DNA of 64,000 nucleotides, taken from an uncultured Spirochaetaceae bacterium. Lineage in GTDB: Bacteria > Spirochaetota > Spirochaetia > DSM-27196 > SLST01. Positions within the stretch are counted from its first letter, which is position 1. Every line of letters starts with the position of its first letter. Shown here in pieces: positions 35,773 through 45,780 of the stretch. The translations under genes and the position numbers were made by a program. The DNA is taken from NCBI GenBank assembly GCA_964537725.1, contig CAZICD010000001.1, forward strand, positions 63,878-127,877, written 5' to 3'. The notes under the pieces are model-generated. The model was not told where the DNA came from, did not search any database, and worked only from the letters and a program-made list of their open reading frames with translations.

Positions 35773-36870
35773 CTACACGTAGTACCCGCGTCCGCCGGCC
35801 TCCGCGGCGCCGAATACCTCGTACGCGTCGCGGTCGTAGACGTAGTCCCACGCGCCACGCCGGTGTACGAGCCTGCCCCCGAAACCCGTCTTGAACCGGT
35901 AGAGCCCGTACATGGGATGTCCGCGGTCGGCGGCCGGCGGCACGCCGAAGAGGTCGTAGGTCGAACAGCCGGCCGCGCGCGCCTCGCGGATCGCGTGCCA
36001 CTGCAGCGCGTACGGCGCCATGAGCGAGCGGTGGTCGGCCGCGCTCGCCCCGTAGAGGTACGTGGCCGTGCGACCCGCGTGCGCCACGACGATCCCGGCG
36101 AGCGGACGCGCGGGCGCCGACCGCACCGTGGCGGCCGCCGCGGCCGGCCCACCCGCCGCGCGCGGGCCGAACGCGAGGTAGAGCCTCATTGCCGGCCTGT
36201 GGCCGCGCGCGAGCTCGAACAGACGCGCGAAGTAGTCGAGCGACTGCGGCCGAAACCCCTTCCGCTCGGCGGTGCCGACGTAGAGCCGGTGCCACTCGGA
36301 CAGCCGCTCGGCGCCGACTCGGGCGACCGTCACCCCGCGACGAGCCGCGAGGCGGATGTTGTAGCGCGTCTTGCTGCGCATCGCGGCGAGGATCTCCTCC
36401 TCGTCCGGCGCGAGATCGAGCTGCACCGTGTCCGGCGCGAGCCGGTCGGTGGGGGCCTTGGAGAGACGGTGCTCGCTGGTGCCGAAGTTCATCCGGATCT
36501 CGCGCGATCGCACCGACGGCCGCTCCTCGTCGCCGGCGAATGGGCTGGGCCAGGGAAGGTCGTAGCGGACGGCGATCGGGTCGCCCGGCAGCTCGGCGTG
36601 GAGCTGACCGGAGAGACGCTCGAGGAACCGCCCCTCTTCACCCTCGTCGACCGGGACGTCCGGCCCCGCCGCGACGTAGGCGAGCTCGAAGTCGCCCTGC
36701 CGTTCGAGCTGGACCATCATCCGGGCCTCCGGCGGTCCGAGGTCCATCGTCACCACCCGCGTTCCCAGCTCCCGGCGAAAACGCGCCCAGAGCGGGCTCT
36801 GAAAGAGGTTGCTCGTCGGTCCGAGGTCGTCGGTCGGTGTGGGGGCGAGGTCGATCGCGGCGGCCCTCAT
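35773..36870 (-). CDS. FemAB-family peptidoglycan interpeptide-bridge aminoacyltransferase
   Basis: It shows FQSPLWARF, KTRYNIRLAARRGV, YLYGAS...APYALQWHAI and YRFKTGFGG. Confidence 0.8.
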   Translation of the reverse strand: MRAAAIDLAPTPTDDLGPTSNLFQSPLWARFRRELGTRVVTMDLGPPEARMMVQLERQGDFELAYVAAGPDVPVDEGEEGRFLERLSGQLHAELPGDPIAVRYDLPWPSPFAGDEERPSVRSREIRMNFGTSEHRLSKAPTDRLAPDTVQLDLAPDEEEILAAMRSKTRYNIRLAARRGVTVARVGAERLSEWHRLYVGTAERKGFRPQSLDYFARLFELARGHRPAMRLYLAFGPRAAGGPAAAAATVRSAPARPLAGIVVAHAGRTATYLYGASAADHRSLMAPYALQWHAIREARAAGCSTYDLFGVPPAADRGHPMYGLYRFKTGFGGRLVHRRGAWDYVYDRDAYEVFGAAEAGGRGYYV

Positions 36871-36963
36871 GCGGCCAAGGGTACCGATGCGCGGAGCCGG
36901 GTGTGAAGGGTCCGGGCCCGCCGCGGGCGGGGTGCTGTTCGAGCGCCGCGGGCGGGCGCGGCG

Positions 36964-38475
36964 CTACCCCAGCGCCCCGCGCAGCACGTCCTTCCAGTGG
37001 CGATACGCGTTCTCGTAGGCCGCCTGAACGTCTCCGGGCAGCTCGTCCGGGCTGAATCGCTGCGCGACCGAAAGCCCGTTGAACGCGTCCTCCGGCGAGG
37101 AGAAGACCCCGGCGCCGATCCCCGCGCCGCGCGCGGCTCCCTCGGCGCCGTCGGTCGAATAGAGCTCCACGGTGGTCTTGCTCACCGCGGAGAACGCGGT
37201 GCGGAAGAGCGGGCTCTGGAACATGTTCGCGTTGCCGGCCTTGATGAGGTCGATCTGCATGCCCATGTCGCGCATGATCTCGAGCCCGTATCCGAGCGCG
37301 AACACGACGCCTTCCTGCCCCGCGCGGAGCAGGTGCTCGCGTCGGTGGACGTTGAAGTTCAGGCCGTGGATGGACGCGCCGATGTCGTTGTTCTCGAGCG
37401 TCCGTTCGGCTCCGTTACCGTACGGAAGCACCACGACACCCGCGCTGCCGATGGGCGCCTGCTCGGCGATCTCGTTGATGTCCCCGTACGACGTGGTGCC
37501 GAAATTGTTGTCGACCGTGTGCTGCTTCAGCCAGCGATTGGTGATGCCGGTGCCGTTCACGCACATGAGCACGCCGTAACGCTTGTGATCGGGCCTGTGG
37601 TTGACGTGGACGAATGTGTTCACCCGCGAGCGCTCGTCGTAGGCGGGTCGGTCGACGACGCCGTAGACCACACCGGAGGTACCGGCGGTGGCGGCGAGCT
37701 CGCCGGGCTCGAGCACGCTCAGGCTGAGCGCGTTGTTCGGCTGGTCGCCGGCGCGGTAGGAGACGCGAGTACCCTCGGGTACTCCGAGCTCCTTCGCCGC
37801 CTCGGCGGTCACGCTGCCGTGGTCGCCGAAGCTCTCGCGATACTCGGGCAGGACGCTGCGGTCGAACCCGTAGTAGTCGAGCAGGAAGTCGGCGGGAGCC
37901 TCGTTGCGGGAATCCCAGAGGATACCCTCGGAGAGGCCGCTCGCGGTGGTGCACAGCTCGCCGGTCATGCGGTAGGCGAGATAGTCGCCCGGCAGCATCA
38001 TCTTCCAGACCGACTGGTAGAGCTGGGGCTCCTGATGCTTGACCCAGGCGAGCTTCGCGGCGGTGAAGTTGCCCGGCGAGTTGAGCAGCCGTGAGAGCGT
38101 CTCGGACTCGCCCAGATCGGAGAACGCCTTCTCTCCGTACGGGATGGCCCGACTGTCGCACCATATGATCGACGGGCGGAGCACCGTGCTGTTCCTGTCG
38201 ATCACGACGAGGCCGTGCATCTGGTAGGAGATGCCGATCGCACCGACCGCGTCCACGGCGGCCGCGTGCTTCTCGCGCAGCATGGCAACCGCCCGCTTCA
38301 TGTGCTCCCACCAGAGCTCCGGGTCCTGCTCTGCCCAGCCGGGCTGCCGCGCGACCATGTCGAGCTCGGTCTCCGGGGAGGTGGCGCTCGCGATCGACCG
38401 GCCGGTGGCTACCTCGAGCAGGCTGGCCTTGATCGAGCTCGAACCGACGTCGAATCCCAGCAGATAGTCGGCCAT
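36964..38475 (-). CDS. xylB: Xylulokinase (FGGY family)
   Basis: N-terminus YLLGFDVGSSSIKASL and the FGGY C-terminal signature. It abuts tkt. Confidence 0.8.
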   Translation of the reverse strand: MADYLLGFDVGSSSIKASLLEVATGRSIASATSPETELDMVARQPGWAEQDPELWWEHMKRAVAMLREKHAAAVDAVGAIGISYQMHGLVVIDRNSTVLRPSIIWCDSRAIPYGEKAFSDLGESETLSRLLNSPGNFTAAKLAWVKHQEPQLYQSVWKMMLPGDYLAYRMTGELCTTASGLSEGILWDSRNEAPADFLLDYYGFDRSVLPEYRESFGDHGSVTAEAAKELGVPEGTRVSYRAGDQPNNALSLSVLEPGELAATAGTSGVVYGVVDRPAYDERSRVNTFVHVNHRPDHKRYGVLMCVNGTGITNRWLKQHTVDNNFGTTSYGDINEIAEQAPIGSAGVVVLPYGNGAERTLENNDIGASIHGLNFNVHRREHLLRAGQEGVVFALGYGLEIMRDMGMQIDLIKAGNANMFQSPLFRTAFSAVSKTTVELYSTDGAEGAARGAGIGAGVFSSPEDAFNGLSVAQRFSPDELPGDVQAAYENAYRHWKDVLRGALG

Positions 38476-38476
38476 A

Positions 38477-40474
38477 CTACGCCTCGATCAGCCGCTGGAG
38501 GTTCTCGGCGGTGAAGCCGAGGTACTCCGCCACCTCGCCCCCCGGGCCCGACTCACCGAAGCGGTCGAGCGCGAAGACGTTCTCGCTCCCCGAGGCGATC
38601 GCCTGCCAACCGAAGCCCACGCCCACCTCCGCGGTGACGACCTTCACGCCGGACGGGAAGAGCGAGCTCCGGAAACTCGCGTCCTGCTCGCGCAGCCGCT
38701 CCATCGACACGACGGAGACCACGCGCACTTTCCGGCTCGACTTCCCGGCTGCTTCGAGCGCGAGGTTCACCTCGCTGCCGGTCGCCGCGACGACGACCTC
38801 CGGAGCGCCATCGGTATCCTGCACGACGTAGGCGCCCCGGCGGGCATCGCGCTTCCAGTTCTGCGGCTTGGCGTAGGTGACGAGGTTCTGTCGCGTGAGC
38901 AGCAGCGCGGTGGGTCCCTCGAGCCGCTCCATCGCCATGAGCCACGCCTCCGCGGTCTCTTCTTCGTCTCCCGGGCGGATCACGGTCAGGTTCGGGATCG
39001 CCCGCAGCGCGGCGGCGTGCTCGACCGGCTGGTGCGTGGGGCCGTCCTCACCGACGAAGATCGAGTCGTGCGTGAACACGTACACCACCGGCAGGCCCAT
39101 GATCGCAGCCAGCCGGATAGACGGTCGCATGTAGTCGGAGAAGACGAGGAAGGTCGCGCAGAACGGTCGGAAGAGCCCGTAGAGCGCCAGGCCGTTCGTC
39201 ACCGCGCCCATCGCGTGCTCGCGGACGCCGAAGTTGACCGTGCGGCCGGTCGGCGTCTCGGTCGTGAAGACGCCGTGCTGCGGCATCGCGGTGATGTTCG
39301 ACCCGGCGAGATCCGCAGACCCGCCGATGAAACCGGGCACCGCGTCGGCGATCGCGTTGATCACCTTTCCGCTCGCCTTGCGGGTGGCGTTCTTGCCGCC
39401 AACCTCGTAGGCGGGCAGCTTCACGTCCTTCAGGTAGTCGACGCTCCCCGCCCGGGCGGCGTCCCACTGCTTCGCGAGCTCCGGATTCTCCGCGCGCCAC
39501 GCGTCGAACTCGGCCTTCCACGCGTCGTACTCCTTGCGGAGCTCCGCGGTGTGGGCGGCGAAGTGCGCGGTCGCGTCGGGATGGATGAAGAACTCCTGAT
39601 CCTCGTCGAGGCCCAGGTTCTTCCGGGTCACCTTGATTTCGTCCTCTCCGAGCGGCGCGCCGTGGACTCCGCTCGTACCCGCCTTGTTCGGCGACCCCTT
39701 CCCGATGACGGTGCGCATGACGATGAGGCTCGGTTTGTCCGTCTCGCCCTTCGCCGCGTCGATCGCCTTCACGAGAGCGGCGGTATCGTACCCGTCGACG
39801 TGCTGCACGTGCCAGTCGTACGCCTGGAACCGCGCGCCGACGTCCTCGGTGAAGGTGATGTCGGTGCTGCCGTCGATCGAGATGTCGTTGTCGTCGTAGA
39901 ACACGATCAGTCGTCCCAGACCCAGGTGCCCGGCGAGCGAGGAGGCTTCCGAGGAGACGCCTTCCATCATGTCGCCGTCGCCGGCGAGCGCGTACGTGTA
40001 GTGGTCGATGATCGTACGAGCGTCGGTGTTGTAGGTGGCCGCCGCCATCCGCTCGGCAATCGCCATGCCCACCGCGTTCGAGATACCCTGACCGAGCGGA
40101 CCGGTCGTCGTCTCGATTCCCACCGTGTGGCCGTACTCGGGGTGGCCCGGCGTCTTCGATCCGACCTGACGGAAGCGCCTGAGCTCGGTGAGCGGCAGAC
40201 CGAACCCGGCGAGGTGGAGCAGCGAGTAGAGGAACATCGAACCGTGGCCGGCGGAAAGGACGAAGCGGTCGCGGTTCGCCCAGGCGGGGTCGGCGGGATT
40301 GTACGTCATGACGTCGCCGTAGAGGAGCGCGCCCAGCTCGGCGCAGCCCATCGGGAGGCCGGGATGACCGGAGTTGGCGGCCTGAACCGCGTCCATCGAG
40401 AGCGATCGAACAGAGAGAGCGATGGCATCTATCTTTGCCTGGTCCATGAGTTCCTCCGAATTCGTTTTCGGCAC
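38477..40474 (-). CDS. tkt: Transketolase
   Basis: 665 aa. It shows RSLSMDAVQAANSGHPG, the GDGDMMEG TPP motif and EDGPTHQPVEH. Confidence 0.95.
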   Translation of the reverse strand: MPKTNSEELMDQAKIDAIALSVRSLSMDAVQAANSGHPGLPMGCAELGALLYGDVMTYNPADPAWANRDRFVLSAGHGSMFLYSLLHLAGFGLPLTELRRFRQVGSKTPGHPEYGHTVGIETTTGPLGQGISNAVGMAIAERMAAATYNTDARTIIDHYTYALAGDGDMMEGVSSEASSLAGHLGLGRLIVFYDDNDISIDGSTDITFTEDVGARFQAYDWHVQHVDGYDTAALVKAIDAAKGETDKPSLIVMRTVIGKGSPNKAGTSGVHGAPLGEDEIKVTRKNLGLDEDQEFFIHPDATAHFAAHTAELRKEYDAWKAEFDAWRAENPELAKQWDAARAGSVDYLKDVKLPAYEVGGKNATRKASGKVINAIADAVPGFIGGSADLAGSNITAMPQHGVFTTETPTGRTVNFGVREHAMGAVTNGLALYGLFRPFCATFLVFSDYMRPSIRLAAIMGLPVVYVFTHDSIFVGEDGPTHQPVEHAAALRAIPNLTVIRPGDEEETAEAWLMAMERLEGPTALLLTRQNLVTYAKPQNWKRDARRGAYVVQDTDGAPEVVVAATGSEVNLALEAAGKSSRKVRVVSVVSMERLREQDASFRSSLFPSGVKVVTAEVGVGFGWQAIASGSENVFALDRFGESGPGGEVAEYLGFTAENLQRLIEA

Positions 40475-40510
40475 GTATCATAGCAGGCTATGGGTGAGGT
40501 GTCACGGCGC

Positions 40511-40578
40511 GCCGGCGGCTTCCGCGGGCCGGCGGCTTCCGCGGGGCTGCGGCTTCCGCGGGGCTGCGGCTTCCGCAG
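40511..40578. repeat. Four tandem 17-bp repeats (GSCKGCGGCTTCCGCRG) in the tkt/leuB divergent spacer
   Basis: Units at 40511-27, 40528-44, 40545-61 and 40562-78. Units 1 and 2 are identical. Units 3 and 4 differ from each other by 1 nt. Each unit carries a GCGG-CTT-CCGC mini-palindrome. Confidence 0.85.
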
Positions 40579-40590
40579 CCCGGGCGCCCC

Positions 40591-41697
<1,107 letters not shown>

Positions 41698-41710
41698 CGG
41701 GCCACCGGCC

Positions 41711-42340
41711 CTATCGCTTCTCGAGCTCGGCGGCGATGTCGTCCAGCGCGATGCCTTCGCTCTCGAGCAGCACGAGCAGATGGTACAGGAGATCGGCGGT
41801 CTCGCTCGCGAGCGTCTCGCGCGTTGAGGCGAGCAGGAGCTCGACCGCCTCTTCGCCGGCCTTCTTGCGGATCTTCTCGGGTCCGGAGGTGAACAGGTGG
41901 GTGGTGTAGCTGCCTTCGGGGAGCTCGGCGTGGCGCCGCGCGATCAGCGCAGCGAGGTCGGCGAGCACGGGGCCGATGCGCGCAGCGCCCGGCGCGCGAC
42001 CGGCGTCGTTGCGGCCGGAGGCTTTCGGCCCGGCGGGTGCATCCCCCGCGTGGGCTCCGGCCGTCTCCACGGCGCCGCCGGCCCGGCCGCTCTTCCCCGG
42101 GACGGCCGGCTCGACCTCCTCGCTCAGCACCGCCTCGTACCACGTCCCGTGATCCGCGATTGTGACGGAAATCCCCTCGTGGAACGGCAGCAGCCGTCCC
42201 GTACCGGGGTGCAGCGCCCACAGGTGCCCCTGTTCGAGCGTCTTGCGGAAGCCCTTCTCGTTCTCTTCGAGTACGCCCACGGGCCGTCCGTCCGGGGCGC
42301 AGACGACAAGCGGACTGCTGCTCTCGGCTGCCATCACCAC
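41711..42340 (-). CDS. hisE: Phosphoribosyl-ATP pyrophosphatase (HisE) fused to a degenerate HisI-like N-terminal half
   Basis: The C-terminus SYTTHLFTSGPEKIRKKAGEEAVELL...DLLYHLLVLL is canonical HisE. The N-terminal ~70 aa align loosely to HisI but lack its conserved motifs. A Gly/Ala/Pro-rich linker joins the two halves. Confidence 0.75.
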   Translation of the reverse strand: MVMAAESSSPLVVCAPDGRPVGVLEENEKGFRKTLEQGHLWALHPGTGRLLPFHEGISVTIADHGTWYEAVLSEEVEPAVPGKSGRAGGAVETAGAHAGDAPAGPKASGRNDAGRAPGAARIGPVLADLAALIARRHAELPEGSYTTHLFTSGPEKIRKKAGEEAVELLLASTRETLASETADLLYHLLVLLESEGIALDDIAAELEKR

Positions 42341-43083
42341 TCCATCTGGTCGGTGCCCGCGGCGACCGGATCCTTGAACACCTCGTTCAGATCGATCGTG
42401 CCCTCGTAGATCGCCTTCCCCACGATGACGCCAACGACGTTCGACCGCGCCGACGCTCGGACCTTCTCCAGGTCGTCCATCGAGCCGATGCCACCGCTGA
42501 GGATCACCGGCAACCCGGAGGCGTCGGCCATCGCGTTCGTCCGCTCGATGTCCGGGCCTTCCATGGTCCCGTCGCGGTCGATGCTCGTGTAGACGATGCC
42601 GGTCACCCGGGATTCCTTCGCGCGTGCGGCGAGGTCGGTGTCCTGGTACTGCGTCTCCTTCTCCCAGCCGGAGATCCGCACGGTTCCCTCGAGCGCGTCG
42701 ATCCCCACGAGGAAGACGTCGCCGTAGTGGGCAACCCAGCCTGCGACGTTCTCCGGCCGGCGCGCGAAGGCGGTGCCCACCACGAGCCTGTCGATACCGA
42801 GATCGAGCAGCTCTTCTATGTCCTCGTCGCGGCGGATGCCCCCGCCGAGCTCGATCGTCGCGTCGACGGCTCGCCGGATCTTGCGGATCTTCTTCCGGTT
42901 CGTCCGGCTGTCGCCGCGCGCCGCGTCGAGGTCGACGACGTGAATGCGCTTCGCGCCGGCGTCGGCGAACTTGCGAGCCATCACGACCGGGTCCTTCTCG
43001 TAGATGGTCGCTTCCTCGTAGTCACCGCGGACGAGGCGGACGCACTCGCCGCCCAGGATGTCGATTGCAGGTATGATGGTCAT
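42334..43083 (-). CDS. hisA: ProFAR isomerase HisA
   Basis: It shows MTIIPAIDILGGECVRL, VVDLDAA and GGGIR, and ends with VGKAIYEG. Confidence 0.9.
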   Translation of the reverse strand: MTIIPAIDILGGECVRLVRGDYEEATIYEKDPVVMARKFADAGAKRIHVVDLDAARGDSRTNRKKIRKIRRAVDATIELGGGIRRDEDIEELLDLGIDRLVVGTAFARRPENVAGWVAHYGDVFLVGIDALEGTVRISGWEKETQYQDTDLAARAKESRVTGIVYTSIDRDGTMEGPDIERTNAMADASGLPVILSGGIGSMDDLEKVRASARSNVVGVIVGKAIYEGTIDLNEVFKDPVAAGTDQMEW

Positions 43084-43134
43084 GGCGCCCTCCCACGGAT
43101 GTCCCTGGAATATACGAAAAACGCCCCGGCGCTG

Positions 43135-44655
43135 CTACGCGCCTTCGCCCAGATGCCGATGGAAGGCCGCCACGTACGCCTCGAGCCCCGGCAGCTCGAC
43201 GGCGGAGACCTTGTCCACCTCCAGATCGAACCGGTCGGCGAGATCGGCGGGCCGCCTGGCCTCGAGCGCCGCCCATCCGAGCAGCGCCGCACCGAAGGAT
43301 GTCGCCTCCGGCATGCCGCTGAGCCGGAAGGTCGCCTCGGGGGCGAGCGTCGCGAGCAGCGCGTTGTAGTCGCGGTTGTTGCGGAAACCGCCCTCGGTGT
43401 AGACGGTCACCCCGCTCGCGAGCCCCACGCGTTCGAGCGCGGTGATGGTCTGGATCGCGAGCGAGAGGTTCAGTACCGCGAACGCCCGGCGTGCGTTGGA
43501 GAACAGCTCGGGTGCCGAATCGCCTTCGCGCACCGCGTCGAACGCGAACGTCTCCCCGTGGTCGACGATGCGGGCCTCGGAATCGGGGAACTGGCCGGTG
43601 CCGCGGACGATCGCGGGCAGGATGAACTCCTCGGCCTCGGCGACGACCTGCTGGTAGACCCGAAGATCGAACTCCGGGAAGCCCTCCAGACCGAAGCGCT
43701 CCTGAAGCATCGAGGTGTACATCTCGAACTCCTGACCGCCCATGAGAATGGAGGTCTTCACCGGCTGCCGCAGCGCCGACACGTTGTAGAAGACCGCCTT
43801 GCCGATCTCCTCCTCCGCGAAGGCGACGCGCCGCTCCGGGTGCATCGCGACGCACCAGGTGCCGGTCGAATTGACGATGAAGTCCTCATCCGGCCGCTTG
43901 ATCAGGTACGGCAGCAGCGACGAGTTCGAGTCGTGCACCCCGAGCGTCACCGTCGTCTCCGGGGAGAGCCCGGTGCGTCCGGCCACCGCGGGGTCGAGCC
44001 TGCCCAGCACGGATCCGGGATCGTCGATCGATTCGGGCAGCAGTGCGCGCACCTGAAGCGAATCGGCTACGGAGGAGTAGTCCATGCGCTCGAAGTCGAA
44101 GAGATAGGTATGGCAGCCGACGTAGGTGAAGTCGGCGCCGACGCGCCCGGTGAGCCGATACGCGAGGAACTGCGGGTAGAACAGGACGTGGGCGACCCGA
44201 CGCCACGCGTCGGGCATCTCGCGCTGGAAGAAGTACAGCGCCTTCGCGGCGTTCAGGAGCGCCGGAAACTTCGGCGTGGCGGTCGCGCGCTGCAGTTCGT
44301 TCGGCGAGCCGCACCGCCCGTAGAACGCCTCCTGGAACCCTTCGCCGGGCTCGTAGGTGTAGTCGACGACGGGGATCGCGAGCTCGCCGTCCTCGCCCAC
44401 GCACGCGATCGTCGCCCCGTGCGTCGCGATCGAAATCAGTCCGATCGCGTAGCGCGAGGCGAGCTGCGAGAGCGTATCGAGCAGCCACTCCTCCACCGCC
44501 TCCGAAGGAACCCAGGGGATTCCGTCGTGCTCGACCGAGTCGAAGGTCTTGCTGCGCGAGTCGACGAGGTCGAGTGCCTCGCCGTAGACGTGCACCTTCT
44601 TGTTCGTCTTGCCGATGTCGATGACCGCTACGTAGCTGGCCTGCGATTCGCTCAT
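43135..44655 (-). CDS. FGGY-family sugar kinase (rhamnulo-/fuculokinase-like)
   Basis: 506 aa. N-terminal ATPase motif VAVIDIGKTNKKV. The start abuts the stop of the aldolase-like gene. Confidence 0.7.
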   Translation of the reverse strand: MSESQASYVAVIDIGKTNKKVHVYGEALDLVDSRSKTFDSVEHDGIPWVPSEAVEEWLLDTLSQLASRYAIGLISIATHGATIACVGEDGELAIPVVDYTYEPGEGFQEAFYGRCGSPNELQRATATPKFPALLNAAKALYFFQREMPDAWRRVAHVLFYPQFLAYRLTGRVGADFTYVGCHTYLFDFERMDYSSVADSLQVRALLPESIDDPGSVLGRLDPAVAGRTGLSPETTVTLGVHDSNSSLLPYLIKRPDEDFIVNSTGTWCVAMHPERRVAFAEEEIGKAVFYNVSALRQPVKTSILMGGQEFEMYTSMLQERFGLEGFPEFDLRVYQQVVAEAEEFILPAIVRGTGQFPDSEARIVDHGETFAFDAVREGDSAPELFSNARRAFAVLNLSLAIQTITALERVGLASGVTVYTEGGFRNNRDYNALLATLAPEATFRLSGMPEATSFGAALLGWAALEARRPADLADRFDLEVDKVSAVELPGLEAYVAAFHRHLGEGA

Positions 44656-45780
44656 CTATGCTCCTCCGCTGATCTTCTTGCGGTACCGCTCGACTTCCCA
44701 GCTCTCGATGAAGCGCACGAGATGCTCGTCGAGCGGCCGGGCCCCGCCGAACGATTCGGCACAGGCGGCGATCGCGAGCTCGTCGGCGAAGAGCGCCATC
44801 GCCGTAGCGGCCGCCTTCTGCGTCTCAGCGACCGCAAAAGCCCCCAGCCCCTCGACGGCGACGATGCGCGGATCCGAACCGTGCTCGCCCGCGTACGAGG
44901 TGATCTGCGAACGCAGGCCCGCGGCCGCGTTGATGGGCGTTCCGGGGAGGTAGAGGGGCGCCGATCCGGCGTAGACGATGTGGTCGGGCGTGAACGCGCC
45001 GGCGAGCGGCTCGAAGGCCTCCCGGGACTCGACGCGCCGCGCGAGCTCGGCGTTTGCGGCGAACTCGACCGCAACCTCGCGATGCCACGCCGTCTCGATG
45101 GCGGCGAGCCACCGGTCGCGCGCGGCGGTGTCGAACTCGACCTCCGCGAGGTCGGGCTCGCGGACGAGCGCGCGGCGGATCGTGCGTTCCACCTCGCGGT
45201 GGAGCGCGCGGATCTCATCGGCGCTCTCGCCGGTGATCACCAGCCCGTGATTCTGCAGCATCACGATCCGGGGGTACTCACCGCGTGCCTCCGCGTGCCG
45301 CTGTGCGAGCCGCCGCATCTCGACCGCGAGCACGTACCCCGGCTCGATCGCGGGAACCCAGAGCAACCGGCCGCCGAACAACCGGCGCGCCGCGGCCTCA
45401 CCGTCCTGCGAGCAGGTGAGTCCGTTCACGAAGGCGGGATGGGTGTGGATGACGTAGGGATAGGGGAAGAGCTCGTGCATGAGCGTCTCCACGCTCGGGC
45501 GCTTCTCCTCGCCCTCCGCGCGGGCGGCCATGAGATCGGCGAGCGTCGCCGCTTCGCGCTCGGCGGTCTCCTCGGAATACGACGACTGCCACATCTTCGC
45601 GAGCTCGGGCCGCCGCATGCGGGCGAAGCCCTCGGGACCGATCGTCGCGAGCGGGAAGCCGCTCGCCTTCACGTAGAGCGCCGAATCGTCCTTGTACGAG
45701 GTGTTTCCGCCCCCGGCGAGCACCCACCGGGGGTCGGATCCGTACTCGCGCGAGAGCTCGACGAGTTGCTCAAGACTCAT
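44656..45780 (-). CDS. Class II aldolase/adducin-domain protein (rhamnulose-1-P aldolase-like)
   Basis: It shows LAGGGNTSYK and HTHP. ATG 45780 follows GGAGG at 7 nt and overlaps pyrC by 11 nt. Confidence 0.7.
   Translation of the reverse strand: MSLEQLVELSREYGSDPRWVLAGGGNTSYKDDSALYVKASGFPLATIGPEGFARMRRPELAKMWQSSYSEETAEREAATLADLMAARAEGEEKRPSVETLMHELFPYPYVIHTHPAFVNGLTCSQDGEAAARRLFGGRLLWVPAIEPGYVLAVEMRRLAQRHAEARGEYPRIVMLQNHGLVITGESADEIRALHREVERTIRRALVREPDLAEVEFDTAARDRWLAAIETAWHREVAVEFAANAELARRVESREAFEPLAGAFTPDHIVYAGSAPLYLPGTPINAAAGLRSQITSYAGEHGSDPRIVAVEGLGAFAVAETQKAAATAMALFADELAIAACAESFGGARPLDEHLVRFIESWEVERYRKKISGGA

Noticed and set aside
40511-40578. Possible CRISPR array
   Set aside because: The repeats are only 17 bp, lie directly head to tail with no spacers, and there are no cas genes. 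I treat it as a simple tandem repeat.
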